DNA from: Octopus sinensis
Taxonomy: Eukaryota
Length of the DNA: 64,000 bases
NCBI RefSeq assembly: GCF_006345805.1
Contig: NC_042998.1
Span: 123,566,001-123,630,000, forward strand
Reading direction: 5' to 3'
Below are positions 55,390-64,000 of the stretch, piece after piece; positions within the stretch are counted from its first letter, which is position 1; the number at the start of each line of letters is the position of its first letter. Under the pieces are notes generated by a model. It had not been told where the DNA came from. It searched no databases and saw nothing but the letters and a program-made list of their open reading frames with translations. A program made the translations under genes and the position numbers.

Positions 55390-56220
55390 ATGTATGTACC
55401 TATACACGCGCGCACACATACATACAGACACGCAAAATATGTGTGTGTGTATGTGTCTGTGTAAAGAAATGGGATTGACTACATCATGCTCTTCTCAGTT
55501 GCAGACCATCACGTGCTAACCTCTAAGATTGTCACTGAAAAGATGAGAGAAATATGGCCTCTTCACAACTCTCTGAAGACCCCAAAGCTCAAATTATTCC
55601 TTCCTATGCAGCTATATGATGTTACCAGGAACGAATATCCACGAAAGTCATGAATAACTAATCTAGAAAATAAAAACCTCTTGTGGTAAGTGTGAACTGT
55701 AAACATGCAAGGACTGAACGGAAGTATCTCAGAAGAAATAAGGAAAAATTTAGAGAAAGGGAAAACTCTGAAATGGAACAGGATGATCGTCTTGATTATT
55801 ATGTTCTGTTAAAGCTAATACGCCTATATCTGATAGGAGATAAAAGAATTTCCTGCAGAACAAAAATTGAAAGGACAGAAAATTATATATGGATGCTTGA
55901 ATCACATATTATATAAATCAGAGGTAACGGTATTGATGGTCGATGAAGGAAAAGTGGAGAATTGTGAAGCCTTTTACGTTGATCTTTTTAAGATCATCAG
56001 GGACATTCAGTCTCCATTATTACACGTGTTAGAAGAAGTGCTACGTGTTCTTGTCTCTGAAATAATAAAAAAAAAAATTACCGCTGGTGATGAGAGAACA
56101 TATATTGAAAGAAGGAGAATCGATATGAAACTTCTCGTTCTATGTTAGAATCGATTAGAAAAGATGAAAACATACAACACTTTGTAAGGATTCATATATA
56201 TCATATATCATTATTGTTTA

Positions 56221-56437
56221 TAAACTAGAGGAAAACCACTATTATGCATTTCAAACAATGATAGACATAAACCAAATCATAAAGAAGAAATTAAATATTA
56301 TTACTTATTATATATTGTTTATTTTTGTACTTTTTGTGATCTAGTTATATGCATTATAATATATTTTATTTTTTCTTTATGACTTGGTTTGAGTCCATCA
56401 TTGTTTGAATAGCATAATAGTGTTTTTTCTCTATTTA
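56221..56437. repeat. Imperfect inverted repeat, ~80 bp arms
   Basis: cactattatgcatttcaaacaatgatagac vs gtccatcattgtttgaatagcataatagtg. Confidence 0.82.
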
Positions 56438-56552
56438 TATATATTATATATTTATATTGTGAAATTTGATTTAATGCTAAATTAAATTTTTCCTTGTAAG
56501 TTTGGAGTTATACTCCCTAATATCATATATATATATATATACAGAGAGCGAG

Positions 56553-56586
<34 letters not shown>

Positions 56587-57741
56587 TGTAGTTGTACAAC
56601 AAGGCACCAATGTTTGCTGGAAATAGCAGTCGATAAATTTACGATGCTATCGTAAATCTTCACTGTATATATATACTGGCAAAGACGTGTGAGGGCAGCG
56701 AACATAAAAAAAAATCGTCTTACCTCTAGGAAGAACATTAGATAAATGGTCAACCCAGAATCGAATAATCTAGTACCTAGATTTCAGACACTTAAAATAC
56801 GTTTGTTATCGTACATTTGATTAGTCTTCTTCAGCTAGATTTACCTGGACAGTATTTCAAATTTTGCTGCATCAATGCCAGTTTATAAGAGGTGTAAGGA
56901 TCTGAACTGTACAAGTTGTTTAAGAATGTCATTGTGGCCATACTATTGAAACATCTCGACAAAGAAGAACCGAACGATCAAAAATGTTTAGGAACACCTT
57001 CAGAACGATAGGACACATTCACTTTAACACTTTATGAATGAGCGGAAGTTTATCACATGTCTCTTTGTACAGCTTTCGTTGTCTACGGTTACACCTTCCA
57101 TAGAGCCGAGTTGATGAGCCATGAGGTCTTTGAATCGCATGCCTTTGTATGCAGTATATTTTGAAGTCTACTGCTGACTTCTGGATGTCCATCACACTCT
57201 CTGTCTTTCTCTATTTATCTCTCTCATTCTGTCTGTCTGTCTGCCTCTCTTTGAGTCTCTCTGTCTGTCTTTCTCTCTCCCTCCCCCTCTCTCTCTCTCA
57301 GCATGGTTTGCAGTTGATCTGCAATGAGTATGACATTGTCTGTAAATCAGAGACGTGTTAGTAGCCCGCCCGTGACTTCGATGCCTCTTGTAAAGTAAAC
57401 GTCTCTGATTTCTAGATGTTCGGTAAAGATCTTTGGAACAACAGTATCTTATTGCTTTATTTATCTCAATTCCGAACTCCCCATCCACCACAGATATAAC
57501 TCTACTATTGCCATCCATTACATATAAAAGTGTGGGTTTGCGTGTGTTTGTGTGCATGTGTGTGCATTTATATCTTTATCTGTCCATATACATAGGTTTG
57601 TGTGTAAATGTATACGTATGTGTGTATGTGTGTGTGTGTGTGTGTGTCTATGTATCTATGTATCTATCTAGATGTTTTGTTGTCCTTTTCTTTTATCACT
57701 TAGCTGTCTGGATGTTTTGCGTTTTGTCCCATTTAGTAGAT

Positions 57742-57773
<32 letters not shown>

Positions 57774-57789
57774 ATTATATATACATATA

Positions 57790-57956
57790 TAATATATATA
57801 TACACACATACATACATATATATATATAGATTGTGTGTGTGTGTGTGCGTAGGAAAGAAATGGATATAATAATATTGGGAAACTCGTGGTTTTCGCTGGT
57901 ATGATTTTAATTAACTAGATAACAAAAAGGAAGAAGCAGATATGAAGGTATATACA

Positions 57957-58008
<52 letters not shown>

Positions 58009-58910
58009 GATGTATATACATACATACATATATTCCTCTATTCTTTTACATGTTTCAGTCATTTGACTGCGACCATGCTGAAGCACCACCTTAAAGAGTT
58101 TCAGTCGAAGAAACTTAATCTGTGACTTATTCTTTGTAAGCCTAGTACTTGTTCTATCTGTCTCTTTTGCCGAACCGTAAGTTTTGGGGTGGAAAACACG
58201 CCAACGTCGGTTGTAATGCGATAGTGAGACACACGGACACAGACACACACACACACAGACACACAAACTCAATTCCCGTCCATTAATTCCACTCACAAGG
58301 CTTTGGTCAGCCTGAGGGTATAGTAGAAGACACTTACCAAAGGTACTACGCAGGAGGACTGAACCCGGAATCTTATGGTTCAGAAGCAAGCGTCTTACCA
58401 CACAACTAAGCCTGTGCCATACACACACACACACACACACACACATACACACACCCTCAGGCTGACCAAAGCCTTGTGAGTGGAATTAATGGACGGGAAT
58501 TGAGTTTGTGTGTCTGTGTGTGTGTGTGTCTGTGTCCGTGTGTCTCACCATCGCATTACAACCGACGTTGGCGTGTTTTCCACCCCAAAACTTACGGTTC
58601 GGCAAAAGAGACAGATAGAACAAGTACTAGGCTTACAAAGAATAAGTCACAGATTAAGTTTCTTCGACTGAAACTCTTTAAGGTGGTGCTTCAGCATGGT
58701 CGCAGTCAAATGACTGAAACATGTAAAAGGATAGAGGAATACATATATGTGTATGTATATACCTTCATATCTGCTTCTTCCTTTTTGTTATCTAGTTAAT
58801 TAAAATCATACCAGCGAAAACCACGAGTTTCCCAATATTATTATATCCATTTCTTTCCTACGCACACACACGCACACACACACTCACATGTATATATATA
58901 TATGTATGTA

Positions 58911-58945
<35 letters not shown>
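57790..58945. repeat. Near-perfect inverted duplication (arms about 57790-58319 and 58453-58945)
   Basis: The SINE body and ~110 bp of non-SINE flank are both duplicated in reverse complement. Confidence 0.95.
58035..58418 (-). mobile_element. Diverged full-length SINE; its 3' part is duplicated on + at 58453-58740
   Basis: B-box reverse complement ggactgaacccggaa near 58356-58370. Confidence 0.85.
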
Positions 58946-58947
<2 letters not shown>

Positions 58948-59176
58948 TATAAATGGCGGTGCCCCAGCAAAATGGCGGTGCCCCAGCATGGCCACAGCTC
59001 ATTAGCTGAAACTGGAAAATCAAAATCAAAAATATATTATATATGTACTTACATGTAAGAGAACAAAATGTACGTACGCCGCCGTTTGTATGTGTATTTG
59101 TTTATTTTTATAAATATATGTTATATGTATATATGCATATATATATGATATAATATATATATAATATATATATATA

Positions 59177-59213
<37 letters not shown>

Positions 59214-60779
59214 TTATATGTGTATATATATATATAAGATAATGTTGGATTTAGTAAAATAACACTTTCACAGGGAATAATCATTATCTGTTACAGAACA
59301 CTATATCTGGAGTAGAGTGATAAAATATGTTTATAATATCAAATAGTGACCGATTTTTCGAGTTTCAACTAACGGCTACTCGTAGCTATCGTAACATTAT
59401 AAGCACATATGCTTGCATACACGCGTACATAGACAGACACTTGAATGTTTATGCACTCGCTTATTCTACATTGTAGCATAGCATTGAAACACAATAATGT
59501 CAATGCACCCGTAATTTATTAATACTGTAATGCCTCAACTATATGTTATAAAAGTAAATCAATATATTTAGTATTTCCTTGAGACTTTAGCAATAGTAGC
59601 ATATTAACAGTGTCTGTCTGTTTGAACAGATTAAAGGGATTCTTGGTAATGGATAAAATCCTTGCGCGAGGATGGAAAGGTGTTCTACCGTGGCTTCGCT
59701 TCTGTTCTCGGAGATATTGTATCTAAATGGAAAGCGTTTACATCTATATAACATGTACACCATAGATTGAAAATCTATAGATATATTATGTACTACAGTA
59801 TAATGTATAATATGGTATATTTGTGTGTGCATGTGTGTAAACAGAGAGCGAGAGAGAGAGAGAGATGGAGAGTGAGAGAAAGTGTTAGAGAAAGAGAGAA
59901 ATAGAGAGAGCGAGAGAGAAGAAGTAAGAAAGGCAGAGAGCAAGGGTGAGAGTAATGAAGTGTTACTTCCACGAAGCTAGTATGAAAATGGATGAAACCC
60001 TTTAAAGAACGCAAAAACATAAATACTACAATAAAAGGAGAAACGAATTTACTAACTGAAAGAACGATTAGATGAATAGACGAGTAAATAATTCGTGGGG
60101 GAAAGTGAGTGAAATAAGTGAGTCAATGAATGAATAAATAAATAAATAGATGGGTGAGTAAATAGGTAAATAATTGGTTTTCAGTATGACCTTTGGTGCA
60201 GAATCTTATCTATTGTTGAATACTTGTAAGTTAGAAAGTGTTAAAAGAAGAAACGCGTTGTTATCATAAAAAGGGCAAATGTCTTTCATTTTATAGCAAC
60301 ACACACGCAGAAATGGTCTTATGGTGGTCACAGTTCAAATTAAATGAAGGATGTTAAAAAAAAGATTGTTTATATTTCAAAAGTCAGACGGTGGCAATAA
60401 ATTTTGGTGATGACAAATACTGGAGACGTGTATGGCACTTAACGACAAGGATGGCGCCAGATTGTGATATTTGTTCTAATGTTAATGCTGCAATTAGACT
60501 GTTTTTTTTTTCTTTTTATAAAGCCTCTGAAGTAAAAACTGGTATCGCAAACAGAACTACTATAAACTGCTGGTAAAAACACATAATATCTTGTTATGCC
60601 CAAACACATACAGTATTTTTAAATAATATTTTGTGAAGGATTTTTTAAAGATAGAATTGAACAGTATCAAGAAATATTTACATGTTATATAAAGGAATAT
60701 CACTGACTTCAAAACTACAAGTATTTGATGCAACCGGGTAAAAATCAATAATTTTATGACCTGATCAATTGGCCCTGGC

Positions 60780-61250
60780 ACTCTGGGTGAAATGGAATCT
60801 TTTCATTAAATTATCAACCTATGAAAGAAATCATATTTGCGATTTTCGTGGCAGTAAAACTAGTTATGCTTAATGGCTCTCCTGCTGACGTTTACCTCAT
60901 CCCTAATTGTCATATAACCGGAAGCCATTGTTCACGGAAATGCAATAATGCCCACAGTTAAACAATCATATTTTCAACAGAATCCATCGTGCTGATTATC
61001 AAACTCTTTAACATTGACATTTTCCACTTCCACGGTCATCGCCAGGCAATTTACCTCCTCATCGATAGACCTCTTCAAATATCTATTTTACATTCTTTCC
61101 ATTTGTAATTCAGTTTTTCTATTTTTCTTTTGTATCTTATCATTATTGACCACACACCAATCCGTATTATATCTCCATGGATCTCTGACACCTTCACAAT
61201 AATTGGCACCTTGCATTCTATTATACTTTCGTCTAAACGAACCATTCAGC
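60780..61250 (-). mobile_element. Very old mariner 5' remnant
   Basis: Minus strand RSIDEE...ENV and LGMR*TSAGEP resemble DE.RSGRP and LGMRKVSARWVP. Confidence 0.35.
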
Positions 61251-61571
61251 ATAAGATACATAACCTTTTGTAAGTATAAAACGTTTTTTGCAACGTCATG
61301 TCTTCTATCTAGTCATAAATCGACATGAATATAAACGAAATTTATGCCCAAAATATTACAATGATCACTAACTTCCTAGAACACGACATTCAAACAACCT
61401 TGCTATACAGCTTTAATAATACAATTACAATACATAGAAATAACTTATAAGTATGCAACTAAAACGATATGTTAACATTTATTTCCAATGAGGTTTAAAC
61501 TCTGTAAATCTATTGTGAGAAGGCAACCAAATGCACGATAAACAAATTAGTTAGAATTCAGTAAGATATAC

Positions 61572-61619
<48 letters not shown>

Positions 61620-62569
61620 CATTTACTCTCGTTACCATCTACATATCCAAAACTATATACAATGTTGCATTAATCTGATCATAAAATATCTATAATTTAA
61701 GCAGTTTCTGCTGGGTGTTTTTTTTCTTATTCATTAAATTAATTATTAGACCTACGAAAAACATCAGCATGAATGAGTAATATCTAAAAAGAAATTATTA
61801 TAGGTTTCTTGTCGAAATCAATGCGCTTTATGTTTGGAAATCTATGTTAATTCAGAAGAAGTAGTTATATAAACATGTTATTTTGGAATGTAATACATGG
61901 GAAATTGTAGCGTTTTCTGCATTCATAAAACATGCATTTATATATAAATATATATTTTCAATGTGGGTATATATGTGTTAAAGTATATTTGGTAGGATCA
62001 ATTATTATGTGAATAAACACATACACAGATTGAGTTAACGCTACAAAATATGAAAAAAATACATGCATTTAAAAACAAATATATGCACATGGAGCTACAA
62101 AGATTTATAGAAAAAAATACCGCGTCATTATTATAACTAATGGCATCACATATTACACTAGTTATGATGAGACAGCAGAGTATATAAAACAGGATAACTT
62201 TTATTAATATATTTTCATGTCGATAGAATAATATTCGAAAATATAGAACTGTTCAACTCATAGAATATTCACTCATCCATAGTAATGATTGATATTAGGT
62301 AACGTCAAAATTATCATTTATGAAAATATAAGAGTGAGATTTATGTCGTCCGGGAATTATTTGAAAACTATCTTGGGAAAGCCGTAATGCAAAAATTATG
62401 TCATTTTTGTAAGAAAAGGTAATAGATTTAGACTTTATATAAGACTTTCTGTTTTGGTAACAACTTATTGTAATTGCGTGTAGGAATGTAAGTTTGTGCA
62501 CGTGTGAGAACACGCACGCACGCGCGCGCACACGCACATACACACGCACGCACGCACACACACATCACA

Positions 62570-63631
62570 TGTAGGATTGGTTAGAAGGATTGTTCAGTTT
62601 TGTAAGCGAAACAAAGTATTTTATTCAATCAATGATATAATTACCAATTTGTTCTTGTGGGTAGATCAATTAGTTCCTGCTCAAAGAATTTCCTGTTATT
62701 GCTTGCTGAAAACTCTTTTAAGTGAATTTTTCTATTCTCTTCAGAGTTGAATATCCGTCCATTCAATGAATTCGGAAAAGACTGGAAAATGTGAGAATCT
62801 GAAGGCGTAATATCAGGCTAATAAGGATTCTGTGGAAAAACCTCCAAACCAAGCCCCGGTATCTTAAGATTATTAAGAGCTGGACGCTTCTGGGGGATCA
62901 ATGCGTTTACTTTGTCCTGCGGATCACAGTACACATCCGAAGTGATAAACTGTCCGAAGAAACTCATAAATTAGAAGACCCTTCCAATCTAACTAAGTTA
63001 AAAGCATAACCTTCTTCGAATGAAGTTCTGCTTTGGAGGTTATTTCTGCCTTATTACCGTTTGTACGATACATTTTTGTACCGACAGTGAATATTGTCTT
63101 GAAAAAAGGAAAATTTGTTGGGCAAGATTAACCTCATTCAGTTTATCTGGCACCCAAACATCGAGCCTGCTAACATATCTACGTTGAGGCAGCAATTTTC
63201 AAAACTCCAATTGTATTTCGGAGAAATATCTACGATCATATTGGTCGGAATACGAGGATTGGTGTTGCTGTTAATCTCAATTGACTGGCCAGAACGAGGT
63301 GCAGCTTGAACCGAAAAATTGTCCGATCAAAATCTTTAAAAGAGGTTTTTTACAAACAAACATCTTCTCCAAATATCTTCTCCATAACACCATCTCTCCG
63401 CACATAGTTCATATTTTCCTGCAGGTCTCCACTGCTTTCTTGCTCATTTTATTTACTGTAACAAAGCACGTGGTGTCGATATGTTTGTTTTAGTTCTATA
63501 TTTCCAGTTTCGCTACAAATTCCCGTCGAATTACGTTGTAGAACACCCAAGAGATAGACTGAAGTAAGTTATTAGTATGTTTGGAGTTTAAGTGTCGATA
63601 ACAACGTAACCAATTTCTTGGCCACCCGATA
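62570..63631 (-). mobile_element. Decayed mariner element
   Basis: VFPQNPY*PDITPSDSHIFQSF; N-terminus YRHHVL..KAVETCRKI; TIR-like end ttcttggccacccgata. Confidence 0.75.
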
Positions 63632-63644
63632 GATGTATATATAT

Positions 63645-63730
<86 letters not shown>

Positions 63731-63758
63731 ATATTATATATTATATATATATATATAT

Positions 63759-63792
<34 letters not shown>

Positions 63793-63793
<1 letters not shown>

Positions 63794-64000
63794 GCATAAC
63801 CTTCTTAGAGTGAAGTTCTTCTTTGAGGTTATTTCTGCCTTATTACCGTTTGCACTCCACGTTGTTATTGATGATACAATTTCGTACCGACTGTGAACAT
63901 TGTCTTGAAAAAAGGAAAGTTTTCTTCTCGTTTCTGAAGTGAAATACAGGTAGAAATTCGTTGGGCAAGATTGACCTCATTCAGTTTATCTGGCACCCAA
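63793..64000 (-). mobile_element. Second copy of the internal segment of the same mariner (homologous to 63002-63158)
   Basis: Aligns with substitutions and keeps two segments that the first copy lacks; truncated by the window edge. Confidence 0.8.

Noticed and set aside
57907-58799. 181 aa and 107 aa ORFs with identical peptides
   Set aside because: Chance open frames through a SINE copied by the inverted duplication.

Overview
AT-rich, microsatellite-dense eukaryotic DNA. The tRNA-derived SINE with an internal (TA)n/(TG)n tract and the overall transposon mix look like an octopus (cephalopod) genome; this is an inference from repeat recognition. No host protein-coding gene can be supported, and most track ORFs are microsatellite artefacts or transposon fragments. 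The window is a transposon graveyard: R4/Dong-type RLE LINEs in (TAA)n tracts, a nested L1/Tx1-like LINE, Penelope-like elements (PLEs), full-length but decayed Tc1, mariner and Chapaev3-like DNA transposons, pogo- and piggyBac-type MITEs, and several SINEs. Four things stand out. (1) A canonical type I hammerhead ribozyme with a palindromic stem III sits in a PLE pseudo-LTR (33091-33183), with three more hammerhead-like or decayed motifs, one in a small (TA)n-embedded retrozyme-like element. (2) Two PLEs share a 5'-inverted GIY-YIG architecture. (3) Local inverted duplications are abundant, from a near-perfect arm pair of about 500 bp to degenerate 50-490 nt hairpins in otherwise unique DNA. 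(4) There is a near-identical 1.16 kb tandem duplication. Everything was read by eye; coordinates of decayed elements are approximate.
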